In this document: positions 12,601-26,834 of the stretch, piece after piece | Position numbering within the stretch: position 1 is the first letter of the stretch | Layout: each line of letters starts with the position of its first letter | Notes under the pieces: generated by a model | The model's database searches: none | What the model saw: the letters and a program-made list of their open reading frames with translations, nothing else | What the model was told of the DNA's origin: nothing | Origin: Felis catus | Lineage: Eukaryota | Length of the DNA: 64,000 nucleotides | Reading direction: 5' to 3' | Assembly: GCF_018350175.1 (NCBI RefSeq) | Contig: NC_058369.1 | Span: 14,510,001-14,574,000 of the forward strand | Made by a program: the position numbers and the translations under genes

Positions 12601-14388
12601 TCTTTTACAGAAGGGCCACTAATATGATACGTTCAAGTCCAGTTCTGCTGTTTCCCAGAGCTTATTGTAGGTATCTGAACAGCTCCCTGCCCAAGAGGAA
12701 GATTTCCACTTACAGGGTAGAAGCTAAATGTGGGATTTCTGGTTCAGCTCTTACAGCTGTACAGAAAGTGCTAAGAGAACTTTTCGCTGGTAGGAACTGT
12801 TTCTTAGGCCCATGGGCTTTATTGAGACCAGAAACTTACATTAGTCTTAGAAGTAAGTTTCCCTGCTGGCTCTGATCCTCCTGGGGCAGCTGCCAGTGTG
12901 CTCTGACACCACAGAATATGTGCAGGGAGGAGCTTGACAAAGGAAGCCCAGGAAGAGCCTCCAGGCTTTCCCACATTGCTGGGCCCCCTGATGAAAATGA
13001 CAAAAGAAGCACCCTTGGTTCCCCTACTTTCTCCTCCTGTCTCCTCCTAGGAATGGAGGTAGCTTTTCTGGCCCTTCCTGCAATTGTCTGTGCAAAACCT
13101 CCCTGCCATTTCCAGCCATGGGCCTCAATGGAGCTGGTGGTTAGAGCTGTGTCTTGGCCAGGCCCTGAGGGAGTTGGCACTGGAAGGGTTAAGACTTCCA
13201 ATTTTGTGATGTGACACCCGATGGGCACATTGCAGATGGCATGGAAATGGCAGGTGTAACCCTTTGTAGGCCATGGAGGCACATGGCCCAGGAGGCAGCT
13301 GGGAAGGAACAGAGGCTGTTCCTTTCCCGTGGGAGGCAAATGTAGCCAGCTCGCCCTCACAGTGACATCCCGCACCAGGGGGACTCCTGGTTGCTATTTC
13401 CCTGTGGACATTTAATATTGCTCAGATTCCCCTTCACAGGCAGTACCTTTGTTTCTGTGTTATGTGCTTCTCCAACAGCATCTGTTCCTCTCTGGCTGCA
13501 GGGTTGGGCTTTGGCCCAATGGCCCTGGCTGCTGGCAGTTCAGATGCTCATGTCGGTCCACTTCCAGGTGGTTGGTGTTGGGTGCTCACTGGGCACTTTT
13601 GAGAGAGCAAACACAAAAGCCAAGTCCTTATCTCCAGTGTGAGCCTAGGGGAGCTACTGATAGTTTTAAAGACACTTGTTACCAGTCTTTCCCCACTCTT
13701 AACTTGTGATCAGTATAAGTGCACCTTCTCCTACTGTGTGCTATGACTTGGAGATGAAGATGGGCTTTCGATCTCATGTCTTTGGGAAAAGGTGCTTAGA
13801 AGCCAAGGCATGGGGCCGGAGTGCAGGCGGAGTTGAGTGGGATCTGTGTGGTCCACATTGTTCCCTATTTTCAGAAGTTTGCAGGAGATCAGCTGTGTCT
13901 GAGAGAAGATAAAAATATATTCCCTACATTATCTTCCCAGGATAGGATCTGTGCTTTCTCTCGTACCCATTCCCTGTGCCCCCCCATTCTCCCATGACTC
14001 TAGGGATGGAGGTTGAGGCCTGGGGACCTAATGTCCCAGGCCTGGCCCTGTACATCCCTGGGGTGAGTTTGAACAGCCCAGAGAACTGTCAGCAGGCCGG
14101 CCTCGTGACTGTCTATTTTCTGGAGACGACTTGTCCCAAAACCTGCTTTGTTCCCACACACAATGCTGGAGTGAGATACTACCGGTGCTGTGTTCTTTTA
14201 CTGGGCAGTCTGTGATTTGTGTTTAGGAATCTGAAGACCATTAAGGTTTTGTCTTTAAAATGTTGATGGCCACCACTTAAGTATGTTGGTTTCTGCTCTC
14301 CAGGTTAACTTTGTTAAATATATCCCAAAACATTAATTCAGAGACCTCAATTACAAGTCCTCCACTTTAAAAAAACAACAATATTGTA

Positions 14389-14677
14389 GGGGCTCCTGGC
14401 TGGCTCAGTCAGTGAGCATGCCACTCTTGATCTCAGGGTTGTGAGTTTGAGCTCCATGTTGGGTGTAGAGATTACTTAAAGATAAAATCTTGGGGCGCCT
14501 GGGTGGCTCAGTTGGTTAAGCATCCAACTTCTTTCTGCTCAGGTCATGATCTCACAGTTTGGGAGTTCGAGCCCCCGTGTCAGGCTCTGTGCTGACAGCT
14601 AGCTCAGAGCCTGGAGCCTGTCTTCAGATTCTGCGTCTCTCTCTCTGTCCTTCCCCTGCTTGCTCGTGTGCATATAT

Positions 14678-14713
<36 letters not shown>

Positions 14714-14750
14714 TCTCAAAAAACAAAACAAAAAAGAAAGATAAAATCTT
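14389..14750 (+). mobile_element. Short Can-SINE (14389-14491) with a full Can-SINE (14492-14736) in its tail
   Basis: Exact 14-bp TSD AAAGATAAAATCTT at 14478-14491 and 14737-14750. Confidence 0.92.
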
Positions 14751-17522
14751 TAAAAACAAACAATCAAGATTGTAAATGTGTGCTTATTTGTAAATGTGGT
14801 GCTGATTCTTTTTATTCTTTTCACTTAACAACCTGTTTCTCTTTTTGGTTCTTGAACCAAGGACTGAAGGTGACCAGATAGGATGGACTTCTTGGTCTTG
14901 GTCTGACTTTACCTTGCATGACTCCTCCACCCTGTTGGTGGTAACAGGCTTATATTTGAATGGGTCATTAGCATTCAGATGGAGTGTGGTGTGTGGGCAT
15001 GCCTGAGATGTTTAAAGTTCCCTGTTAGGAGGCTGAGATGCTCCTGAACTTAACCTTCCCTTTTGGCTCCTGGTCCATGCTGAGCGCTACATTTACAAAT
15101 GGTGTCTTTTCCTGGAAGGGTTAAGTGGAGAGCACTTATAGGGACTGGGAACAGGGAGGTCCTCTGAAGGTAGTGCTGGTGCTCAGATTGATTTGTTTGA
15201 TGGAGTGACTGGAGGCATTCATTTAAGTTGTGTGTATGTGTCTGGAGTGTACTCTGTGCCATTTCACAGCTCTCAGTGCTTCCCTCCACACCCATCCTTT
15301 AGGACCCAATTGCTGGTTCCAGCCCTTCTCATTCTCACAGGCTGATGGCTGGTCCTGACCTCCACCCTACCCCCAGTCCCTGGAGTCCTGGAGGGCATCT
15401 GGTGCCCAAGGAAGTCCATGGGAGGCCCTGTCATCACTTGAGCCTTTTCACACTGAATATAAGTGGTCTTTCCAACAGGGATGTTTTTTTCTTCTACACA
15501 ATCTCCTCTCATGTAAAAAATCCTTGTTTAAAGTTTGGATCTCCTTTTATTTGGTTTCATTTACCCTTCTTGGAGATGGATTTTCACGTGTTTATGTATT
15601 TCTGTCACTTCATCTTTTCTGGCATTTTTTCCTCCCTCCTCAATCTCTGTATTCTGCCCTTGGGGCCCAGCTCAAATGAAGCATTTCTATATTTTTCCCC
15701 CTCCTCTTTTGGACTAGCAGGGTGAACTACTTTCTGGTGTAGACTTGTAATAACGTGGTGATGAGCACATGCATCTCACAGCCCTTACTGGGTTTATGCT
15801 CCCATGAGGGTGGGGACCCTGAGCTACTCTTCTGCTCTCTACATATGAGGCACCCCCTGGGTCACTGGTCCCTTGGAGAGGTCACTGTCTGCTGCATTAG
15901 CAGTATTTGTTAGGAGTCTGACAGCATCCGCATCCTGCTGGGCCACACAGGCTGTGAACTAGAAGATGGGGTGTCCTAGGTGGTTAGTAACTGACCAGCC
16001 TCCTGTGCTGCAGAAATTCCCTTCTGGGTTAAGGCATTACTCAGATCAACAACTGTAAGCAGCAGTTGGTTCTTTGCCTTCTCTGGAAGCTTAAATTACT
16101 GTGTGCACAAAGTAGTAGCAATGAGCATGGTTTCAGTGCTAGTGATTTGAAAACTCTGCTGCTCCAGCCAGGTGTGAAATTGTTTGTCTTGGATAGGGCT
16201 TGGGAAGGTGTGGGCTGAAGTGGCTGAGGTGCATGGGGATCCACCTGAGGTCCCTCAGGGCTCTGGGTTTTTTCATGGGTTTTAGAAGTTGATGATTCTA
16301 ATCTAATTTTTGTACTTTAGGGTTTTCCTTTTCGGGACAGGCGGATCAGGAGTGGAATGAATACTGATCACACATAAGAACTGCTGATCTTTTGCTCAGA
16401 ATTGAACAGAGAAAGACCTTTTCTGACACAATTGGGCAAGATTTGGAAGTGGGAAGAGGAGAGGAAAACTGTGCACATGTGTGAGTGCATGTGGTGTGCA
16501 TGTGTGGGCACTTGTGTCTGAGTATGCATGAATGTGGGTGTACACATATGTATATTTGTGGTGCAAGGTTGTGTGGTGTGCAACTAGCCTGGGGCACTGC
16601 AGCCTTGGGATATGGGGAGCTGTCTTGTCAGTGCCCCAGTTTCCCATGTGCTTCTTCTACCAATAGGGTATGCATTGAGTGGGGTCAAATGATCCCAAGT
16701 CTGGGGTGCTGTGTGTTCCTTGTCCCTTTCCCTCTCTTCTCACTGCCTCAGCTTCCCCAGAAACTGGAGCCCAGGCGCCATGGCCATTGGAGGCTGACAG
16801 TAAGATTGTCTACCTTGTGAGAAGCCTTTGAAAGAGTGAGTGAGTCCCTTCAGTAGGATAGAAGAATTTGTTGGTCACGTGTCTCATTTTAATAAAGTGA
16901 TTGTCCACCTGGTGAGTTGTGTTGGTTTCTCTTAACACGAAGCAGAAGGCTAGGAAAACCTGCATTGAGATCCCAGGTCCAGACAGCCCCAGTGTAGGAT
17001 TGATAGGGCACCACCAGGTTGGGGGGTGAAGTGATATGCCCACTAGTCAGGCCCAGTGTCCATATAAAGGTCAGAAGAATTGAAGGACCAAGGCAGTGAC
17101 CAGATGGAGGCTGAGCCCCTGAAAGGTCCCAGGAAGGTTCCTGGGGCTCTCTTGCTGTCCCCGGGCTGGAGTAGGCTATGGAGCTGCAGCCACAGGCAGA
17201 ATGCACCAAGTGAGGATTGTCGTTGTTAAGAGATCTCAGTGGGACAGGATGCTGTGACAGTGCAGCCTTCTGCCCAGGACCTTCCCTAGAGTGGGACAGT
17301 TGGGGGTATTGTGGTATGGACCTGCATCATCCCCCTGTTTGTTCCCCTGTCCCTTTCTCAAGAGTTTCCCTGGCACAGATGACCCCTTTCTTCCCAGTCC
17401 TCAAGGGTGAAGTCCTGCTTACCTGGAGAAGTTGGGCCCTGCACCTCCCTTCCTACTGCACAACATTTCCAGGGACCCCCAAGTCTCTAGCAGACCAGCC
17501 CCAGTGTGCTCAAGTCACACTG

Positions 17523-18018
17523 TTTGTTGTTATTGTTAAGTTTATTCATTTTGACGGGGGGGGGGGGGGGGGATGAGTGGGGGAGGGGCAGAGAGGAGAG
17601 AATCCAAAGCAGGGAGAATCCAAAGCAGGCTCTGAGCTGTCAGTGTAGAGCCCAGTGCGAGGCTGGAACTCAGGAACTGAGATCATGACCTGAGCCAAGA
17701 TCAAGAGTCAGGTCTTAACCAACTGAGCCACCCAGGTGCCCCTCAGGTCATACTTTGTATCCAGCTCAAACATCCCTATTCTTGCTTTCTTGCTTTCTTT
17801 CTTTTTCTTTTTTTTTTTAGTTTATTTATTTATTTTGAGAGGCGGGGAGAGAGAACACCAGCATGGGAGTGGCAGCGAGCGAGCGAGAGAATCCCAAGCA
17901 GGCTCTGTGCTTTCAGCATAGAACCTGACTCGGGGCTGGAACCCACGAACTATGAGGTTATAACCTGAGCTGAAATCAAGAGTTGGATGCTCAACCTACT
18001 GAGCCATACTGGCGTCCC
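17523..18018 (-). mobile_element. Two adjacent older Can-SINEs (17523-17742 and 17795-18018)
   Basis: Two reverse-complement SINE bodies. The first contains a poly-G run. Confidence 0.88.
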
Positions 18019-18370
18019 AAACAACCCTATTTCAAGAAGGGCTCACCCCACCCCCTCCCAGCCCTGTGCCCATCAAGGTTATTCACATCTCCCTGTGCTC
18101 TTCCTTAGAGCTTTGGTCTGATGCTCAGGCATGAGTGCTGAGGAACTGCTTGTTTCTGTAACTGGGTTAAAGTTTGATTCACTGCAGTAATCGAGTTTAT
18201 AGCACATAATTTCCTTATACGAGGGACCTATTTATCTTGAGAGTGTGTAGGGCTTTTAGGATGGAATAAAATTGACCCACGTAGTGAGACAGACTGACCC
18301 TTCAGTGAGTGCTCTTCCCTCTGCACTTTTCAAAACTAAATTTCTTCTGACTTTTAAAAAGGGTTAACCT

Positions 18371-18590
18371 GGGGCGCCTGGGTGGCTCAGTCGGTTGGGC
18401 GGCCGACTTCGGCCCAGGTCATGATCTCGCGGTCCGTGAGTTCGAGCCCTGCGTCGGGCTCTGTGCTGACAGCTCGGGGCCTGGAGCCTGTTTCAGATTC
18501 TGTGTCTCCCTCTCTCTGACCCTCCCCCGTTCATGCTTTGTCTCTCTCTGTCTCAAAAATAAACTTTAAAAAAAAATTAAAAAAAAAAAA
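18371..18590 (+). mobile_element. Young felid Can-SINE
   Basis: TSD AAAAAGGGTTAACCT at 18356-18370 and 18587-18601. CpGs intact. Confidence 0.95.
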
Positions 18591-18803
18591 AGGGTTAACC
18601 TTGAGTCCTGGGCTCAGATTGAATTTACATGTTCAAGTTGTTTTTTGAAACCTGTTTTTCTTTGCAGTCAGTTCTGTGATAATGCTCATTTTGGAAAAGC
18701 AGATTTGTTTCAACACTATTGATGTATTAGGGCACAATTGGAGCATGATACATACACGTTGTATGTGGTTGTGTGAAATTTTGTCCAGGAAAGTGCTAGG
18801 TTA

Positions 18804-18993
18804 TGGGTTGGGAAGCTATGTCCCACAGGCTGGTGGTCTGTTTTGGTAAATAAAGTTTGAATGGGACAGAGCTATACCCATTTGAGGACATATTGTTAAA
18901 ACTGCAGAGCTGAGTAATCAGGACAGAGACAGAAAGACCTGCAGAGCTGAATATATTTACTGTGTCCCTTTAAGAAAAAGTTTGCCAACTCCT
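18804..18993 (+). mobile_element. MER58A-like hAT-Charlie element
   Basis: gtaaataaagttt...atatttact...ccctttaagaaaaagtttgccaactcct resembles the MER58A consensus as recalled. Confidence 0.75.
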
Positions 18994-20675
18994 TCACTAG
19001 ATAAATCCAGAAGATTGCTCTCAGTAAAAGAGCACCTGACCATACATAAAATTAAAATGCACACACCTCAGATATGCACCAAGCCCTCTCCAGGCCATAC
19101 CATTTTCTCCTGGGGTCAGACAGCCTCATTCCAGCATGTCACAGTAACTCAGAAAACAGCCACAGCAAATGCCAGGTCTTCCCTCAGGTGAGGCGTTAGG
19201 CTTCAGGTAGAATTTGTGTATTTTTTAACTGTTTAACTTGCTACCATTTAAAAATCAGGTTTTTGTCTTTTTTTTTTTTTTTAATCTCATGATTAAGTTT
19301 TGGGATGTTGTGTACTGCCCTGGTCACTGGACTGTTGCAGGAGGGGGTCTCCCTAGCATCTTTTTAGTCCAGGTCTTTGAGGGCCCATGGAGCTCCTGGC
19401 CAGGCAGGTAAACCAAGTGCCTTCCTAATGGTGTATGAGAGAGAAAGTGCCTATATTTTTGGAGTATCTTAGGTTTTCAGACCACTAAGGGTTAAGAACC
19501 CAGCTTCAGTCAGTGAGTAAGTAAGACTTAGTTCTTCTTTTGAACAAACCTGTAGCACAGGACTCAGGGTGGCTCCTTTCCTCTGTCTGAGACCATCCCT
19601 GCTCAGCGGCTTGGCCCTTGATGTCTATACCCATGCCTGGACCATCTCCCCAGATTCCTGTTCCTTGTCTCAGCCTCAGTCTGTGAGACTCTAGATATTC
19701 GCCTTTCAGAAAGTCCAAATGGCAGAGTTTTTAATGAAAGTACTTGTTTGCTTCATTTTGACCTATAAGGCAAACCCCAGGAATCGTACGTTTCATGAGG
19801 ATAATCTACAGAAATGTAGGTTTAACTCAGTAGCACGTACCGAACCCACATTGTTTTGCTCCACACTGAATATGGAGGTGAATGGAAAGAAAAAAAGCTG
19901 CTGCCATGGAGGAGTCTAGCAACAAGCTGGGAGAAGAGATGAAGCTGCTGAATAGTATGGGGATTGTTGTTGTGGAACTGTGTGAGACATGGGCTCCCTC
20001 AGAGCGAGCCCACACTGATGCTGTGGCCTGGCAGCCATTCCGCACAACTGATGGCCCAGGTAGAAGGTGGGTTGCGGGGATGAGCTGAGGGGTTTGAGTT
20101 TACTGTGTAGAGCTTGAGATTTGCTTTAGTAAGTAACACAGGGGATGGACTTTTAAGCTGCTGAGACACTTGCTAATAATGAGTGGGAAAGTCACAGCAG
20201 TGGCACCTCTCAGTCCACTGAAGGTTGCATATTTGTCTTATGTTCTTGGTTCTGCCTGTTGGAGGAGCCAGCCTCCTGATTTTCCTACATTATAAAGCAC
20301 TCTCCCTCTGGCCTGGGAGCATTTCCCTCCAAAGGGCCCTCTCCCCTTGTCTCATCCCTATACACTTATCCTTTTAAAAAGTTTTCAGCATCTGCATGTG
20401 GGAGTGTTATTTTATCTAGCTAGCTCTCCTTTTTATCTTTGTGTTCTTTGAATACAAGACTGATAGAAAGTCACTGTTAGGAGAAATAATTTAATACAGA
20501 AAGTGAAAGTTTCTGAATTCTTCAGAAATGAGTGCTGTGGCTTTTAGCCTAATTTCTTTCACTTTTAATTTTATTAAGCTTTTTCAGTAGTTTTTTCTGA
20601 AGATTATAAGCATTTTTAAGCCATGTGAATGGTATTATACTGTTCTACACATTGATTTTCTCATTCAAGTCATTT

Positions 20676-21083
20676 TTTTTTTTTTAACATTTATTGAGAG
20701 ACAGAGAGAGAACAGAGCATGAGCATGAGAGGGGCAGAAAGAGGGGAAGACACAGAATCCAAAGCAGGCTCCAGGCTCTAAGCTGTTAGCACAGAGCCCG
20801 ATGCAGGGCTCAAACTCACAAACCGTGAGATCATGACCTGAGCCGAAGTTGGATGTTTAACCAACTGAGCCTCCCAGGCACCCCTCATTCAAGTCATTTA
20901 AAAAAAAAAATTTTTAATTTATAATTTTAGAGTGCGTGTGAGTGGGGGAGAGGGGCAGAGAGGGAGAGACTCTCGAGCAGGCTCCATGCTCTGCATGGAG
21001 GCTTGATCCCACGACCCTGGAATCATGACTTGAGCTGAAATCAAGAGTCGGATGTGCAGATGACTGAGCCACCCAGGCGACCC
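20676..21083 (-). mobile_element. Two tandem Can-SINEs inserted at one site (20676-20884 and 20910-21083)
   Basis: tcattcaagtcattt or a close variant occurs three times: 20661, 20885 and 21084. Confidence 0.9.
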
Positions 21084-23362
21084 TCATTCAAATTATTTCT
21101 AATATCACTCTGTTTCTTCACATAGCATGTCTATGAGGTGTGGGTAGGGAAACTGAGGCTGAAAGACTAACAAGTTCTCTCAGCCCATTGTTGCCTGAGA
21201 TTTGGCCTCTGTTCTCTCCTGTGTCTGGTAGTAGAGGCTGGCTGTTGGGATCGTCCTTCTGTTCCCCAGGTTAAGTTGCATCCCTTGTACTCAGCCTTAA
21301 CAGGGTTTGACGTTTAAAACCTGAGAGCTGGCATTTTTATCGCGCGTTCCTTCCAGAACACAGCCACTGCATCCCTGCTACTATCGTTCAGAGAGAGGCA
21401 TCAGGAAGTGGCTCAGGACTTGAGCAGAGTGAACCCTCTGTTCTGGAAGAGAAGATAAGTGCCTGTCAACCAGAGGCTGCTGACACCAAAGTATAGCTTA
21501 GTTGTTCTCTCCCCGTCCCCTCCCCAGGTACCTGGCTTTGACTCTCAAGAATGTAGGGAGCCTCCAGAGGGTGAGCAGAAGGGTGTACAGGTCTGGGACT
21601 TCTCTTCTGCAGCTTCTGCAGGCTGTTGTGTCTGGGAGGGTCAATGGGATTCCTGGGTCCAGGCAGGAGACAAGAGAGAAATCATGCAGAAGGGCATCAT
21701 AGATAGTCCCAGCCTCAGGACCACCAAGGCACAAAGATCCACCTGCACTGTGCATCTGCTGAGGGGCACTCTGGTGGTGGGTGCCTGGCTGCAGGCCTGC
21801 TGGAACTGCACACCTGGCAGGGCCTGTGTGTCGCAGTGTGGAGGTTGGCCAGTGCCAAGTGAAACCAGTGTCTGGACCTCATCGTCACCCAACTTGGCAT
21901 TGGACACTTCACTGGCCCTTCTTTCCTGACAGGGAGGGGTGCTCTGTGCTGCCGAAAACAGTGGCTGCCCCATGTGCAGGCTTCCACCTGTCAGTAGACA
22001 CTCCTCGGCCTCTCTGTGTGGGTCTGGTAGACTCCTACTCACCATGTCCAAATTTCCCTGCTTCCAACCACCTTCTCCCAGATCTGCTCTTACCTCATTT
22101 CAGAAAACCAATTCCATCCAGTTGCTCAGGCAAAAATAAAACAAAGCAATCTTTTCTTGCTTCCTGTCCAGCTGTTGGTATGTTGTGTTGTCTAAAGTAT
22201 ACTTAGGGTTTGGTCATATCTCCCCACTTCTCAGTCTCTTTCCCATCCTGAGCCACAAGATACAGAAGTCTCCCCCAAACTGCTCTCCCTGCCATCTCCT
22301 ACTCCAGTCTATACCCATATCAACCAGATGATCCTTTAGAACAAATTGGATCTCCCCTCATCCCCACCCCTCCACGTTCCCCCTGAGGACAGTCCACACT
22401 TAGTACCCTCTTTTTTTCCACCTCCTCATGGTCACTCTTCTGTGCTCTGGAAAGAGCACCCCAAGTCCACTTTTCTCATGCCTGAAACAGGAGTGTTATT
22501 GATAGTATTCCTGCTGGTATGTTAGTAACAGAGTAATATAAATAGCATTTCCTGGTACAGATAATGATAATGCTTCAGAGTTATGGCTCCATGACTTGTG
22601 TTTGTTTACTTTTTTTTTAAGTTAACTTTTTTTATGATAAAAAATATGTTTACTGGCATTATGTGCTCAACTTGTGCCAGGTGCTTTCTGTTGGTTTCCT
22701 GAGTCTTGTTTAAAAATTCTGGTTCCTGCATCATTCACCTCTTTGGAGTTGCTTTAGAAGAGGTTTTCCACCTGAGGTTCTCAGATCAGTTAGACAGTGG
22801 CATTTTACTAAAAAATAAAGTATCTTTTGGTAGAGGCATTTACAATTTGCATTGACCCAAAGCCCCTTGTCCACATTCCACCTGTTATTTGGTTGCCTCT
22901 TCGACCTGAGGTCGGTCGTTCTGTGCTGTGCCTATGTAGCCGCTAGAGTGACTGGAACCTCCCTTCTTGGGAGGAAGACCTGGGTTGCTTCCTGCCACCT
23001 CTCTGCCCGCCCAGCCCTGTCTGAGGATGCATTAGAGCAGGCTCTGCGTGACTTAATTGTGTTTGTGAGAGTGAGAAGAAAGGACTGAGGCCATCTGGGT
23101 TCCAGCCCTGCTTCCTGGGTAGCAGCCTGTGCCTCAGGCAGCCTTGCAGTCCTGGGAGTCTCATCTTTACAATGGACCGCTGTTGTCAGGATCTGCCCCT
23201 GTCTTCAGGCAACAGCCAGGACAGGATCCCCCTTAAGTAAGAGGGGGTTGCTCTTTGTGGGCTGGCAGTTCCTGAATGGGCCTGTGGTAGAACCCTCACT
23301 GGCTAGGGGTTTTGAAGCAAATCCTAACTTTCCATCACAATAATCCAGCCTCTTTACCTGTT

Positions 23363-23567
23363 CTTTTTTATTTTTAATGTTTGTTTATTTTTGAGAGAAA
23401 GTGTGGGTGCATAAGTGGGGGAGGGGCAGCGAGAGGGGGGCAGAGGATCCTAAGTGGGCTCTGCACTGACAGCAGCAAGCCCAATGTGGGGCTCAAACTA
23501 AAAAACCGTGAGATCATGATCTGAGCTGAAGTCAGATGCTCAACTGACTAAGCCACCGAGGCGCCCC
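23363..23567 (-). mobile_element. Can-SINE
   Basis: TSD tttacctg(t/c)tcttt. Confidence 0.92.
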
Positions 23568-26500
23568 TTTACCTGCTCTTTAGAAAGTATTCTGAGGTAA
23601 CTCCTCACTCACTGCTTTTTTGCAGAAATTGTAGGTCATGCTTCATTCCTCAAGGCTGGTTTCTTCCCTATAGCTTTGTCATTGATCTTGGGTTTGTGCC
23701 TGCAGGGTGATGGACACTAGCCCTAATGTGCTAGGGCACTGGTCCTTCCTGCTGAGAGGAGGGAGGAGCATTCTTTATTAGCACCTGTACTCCCCAGGAG
23801 CAAATGCTTCCTCTGGCCTCTGAGGCAACCATCTTGCTGTGGAGTAGGCCCTACCCAAGATGGAGGGGGGCACGGGGCAGGTGGTGCAGAGCTGGACGCA
23901 CCCTCTGCCATAGTCAGCCCTGCCCCCTCCAGCTGTGCTGTTCCTTTCTGTGGTGGGGGAGGGATGCAGCTGGCCACCCCTCCCGAGAATGCCCTGCTGG
24001 AGCCAGAGGGCAGGGCATGCATGTGCTGCCAGGCTGGCCATTGGTTCTGGGTCCAGGGTTGGCAGATTTCCAGTCCCTTGGCTTTAGAGTGAGCTACCTT
24101 GCTTGACACTGCACACAGAACATAAACAGGCTGTATTCCGGGCCCTCTGCTGGGGACCCTGATCAGCTACCTGAACTAGGGTGTTGTTGGGGCCCTGTGA
24201 CCCAGAGTGGTCACTGGAGCTAGAAGAGGAGCAGCCCTGTGTGGGTATGAGGCTCTGCTCTGGCCCTTTATGCTTGCTTATTTTATATTAGTGACAATGA
24301 AGTGAGGTCACTTGGGTACTACTTTGTCAGTCTGGTGACCTGGCACACGTTGAACTGGTTGTTGGTCCCCACCCGCCCAATCTGTGTGGGTATTTGAGAG
24401 GAAGGACTTCATGCAGGGTCTGGGTTTGGATGACTTTCCTGGATTGGAGCCTGGAGCTTATAAGGCCAGAGACTGCACTAGGTGGGTGTGCCAGGCTGGA
24501 ACAGAGGCAGAGTGGGGAAGCATGGGGGAGTTTAAGTACAGGATTGAGGTGGGGGCATCCTCCTCCTCCACCTCAGTCCCATTCTTCCCTGGTCTGTACC
24601 AGCCCAGACTGGGAACTTCTCCCTTAGGGACAGAATTTCTTCTGACTCTAGTGGGCATGCCTTTTTGCCTCTTTCCTGGTCTTGTCTCTTCTCCTTTTTG
24701 ATCCTGACAGGCTCCTCTCTTGCCCTGGGAACACAGCTACCTGCTGTCCAAGGCAGCTACTGAAATTGTTACTCTTGTCCAATTCCCCAAATGTTTAAGG
24801 AGCTTCTCTTTTAGGCAGCCCTCAAAGGAAAGATGACCCATGCCTCCCACAGTGAGGGAGGGGAGGTTGACTGACACTCATCTCAGGGCAATGACTTATC
24901 TGCAATCTCACAGAGAGGACTGATAGATTCACTGAGCAGGCTGACAGGGTTTGTTGTCAAGACATATCAAAGAAGGACAGAAGCCATAGAGTTTTAGGCT
25001 AAGAGGGACATGGGGTATCCTTTGCTTTTCTCTGGGGCAGTTAGGAGACCATATCCATACAGAGTGTGGGAGGAGGAGATGGGGGGATGTTTGGGGGGTG
25101 ACTAGGACTGAGCAGTTGGTACAGGGTGGGCAGCAGGCACAGGCTAGTATGCCAGGAGGGGTTGGGGGCAGATGGAAGTCTTGTCAGTAGCCCATGCCCT
25201 TGGGCTTCAGAGTTCTCCAGCCCCACCTTCTGTCAACATGGGTGGAGAGCATTCTGGGGGTAATATGACCACCGGGAGACTTGCTCATTTTGACCCTTTT
25301 GGACTGCCTGTAGGAGTAGATATTTGAGTGCCCTGGCCAGGCCACAGTGGCCCGACACGTGTGCATGTGGACTGCTCTGCCTCCTGAGCCAGGAGCATGA
25401 AACAGCAGTCAGTTTCTTTCCTTTAACTCTAAGTCCACCGAAGAGGCCACTAGGACATGGTCCTGCACTGTTGCTCATTTGAGAAATCGGCTCCTTAACA
25501 AGGTTGTGAGTGAGTCATCTTAGGAATGCATCCCATGTATGATGATGTTGCCCCTTCATTGCTCTGTGTTGCCCCTAGTCTCCCAGAAGGTGGGCTCCAG
25601 GACAGGCTTCTCAGGGTATTCGTGGTGAGGAAACTGGGGTGCCAGATGCCCTGCCTGTGTGGACACAGAGCCAGGAGGCCTTCAGTGTAGGCACACCACA
25701 GGCATGAATTGAGATTCTCAAGGGGCTTGTAGTGTGTTCCTCTGTGGACCCTGTGTTGGTAGACATAGGCACCTACCATCCTGTGTAGAACTGGCATTTT
25801 GGGAATCCTAGAGCCTGGCAGCTAAATTCTTTTTTGTCCCTCATGAACTCTGGCTTGGCTTTTTTAGACCCTGACTCTTGCAGTCTTATTTCCTGCGTCC
25901 TGCCTTGTTGGGACATCAGGGCTGGAGTGGCTCCTTTAAGAGCGAGCGCCTGTGTCCCAGACTCTGTTGTGGAATGCCAGCAGCCTCCCTGCAGACAGAC
26001 ATCATTGCGCTGTCCTCCGTCCTGTCTCTGTGAGGGTTAACAACACTTCAGCTTGTTGTCTGGAACCGGTTCAGACTGGTTTTCTGGAAAGTGCTTTGTC
26101 TCTCAGACTGAATCCTGGGAAGGGTCATGTGGAGCCCAGTGATGTCATGGGATCAAAAACTGACTCAGCTGTTTTTTTCTTCTTTTCTTTCTTTAAATCA
26201 AGATATGTGTGTGCTGCAGGTACAGGGTGCTGGCATGGTGACGGGCCAGCTCTCACCCCACTCAAAGTTTACCTTGCTGGCAGTCAAAGGGTTAAAGGTG
26301 ACCCCCACTTCTCACTCCCCTGAGGTGAGCAGGGAGTAAGGAGGCCGCCCCTCACTAAAGGGGAGAATGGTCAACCCGAGTCAGTGCAGTCCAGTTCTGG
26401 ACCTGGGCAGTGACCTTGCTTCTGGTACAGTGGTGTCTCCCCTTCCCGGATTCCAGAAATCTCCAACCTAGGGCAGGTACTCAGAATTCCATAGGCAGGA

Positions 26501-26834
26501 AGTTCAGATCTAGAACAGTTTTCCTCTCTTTGCTTTTGAATTTGGAGCACAGAGAATTCCTCTTCCTTCTAATAATCAGCCACTTTCCATTGTTCCTGTC
26601 CAGGTCCCTGCAGGTCTCAGCTCCCCAGATGCTCCATGGATCTTGCCCAGCCTTCCCATGTCAGTTAAGAAAGGTCCTGGGCACACTTTGTGAGGCCTGC
26701 ATTTGTTGTACCGACTTCTACTATCATCATGGGGCAAGGAAAACTCTTCAAGCTGACACACTGAAGTTTCTAAGAAGGTAGCAACTTGGTTGTGCCAAGT
26801 TTAAATGTCATGTTTTCTCCTTCCAAAGTTCAGA

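Noticed and set aside
12836..13375. 179-aa minus-strand ORF
   Set aside because: Non-ATG start, no recognisable domain and no splice support. Consistent with a chance ORF in GC-rich intron.
18371..18450. tRNA-like A and B boxes
   Set aside because: These are tRNA-derived SINE heads followed by (CT)n and poly-A, not tRNA genes.
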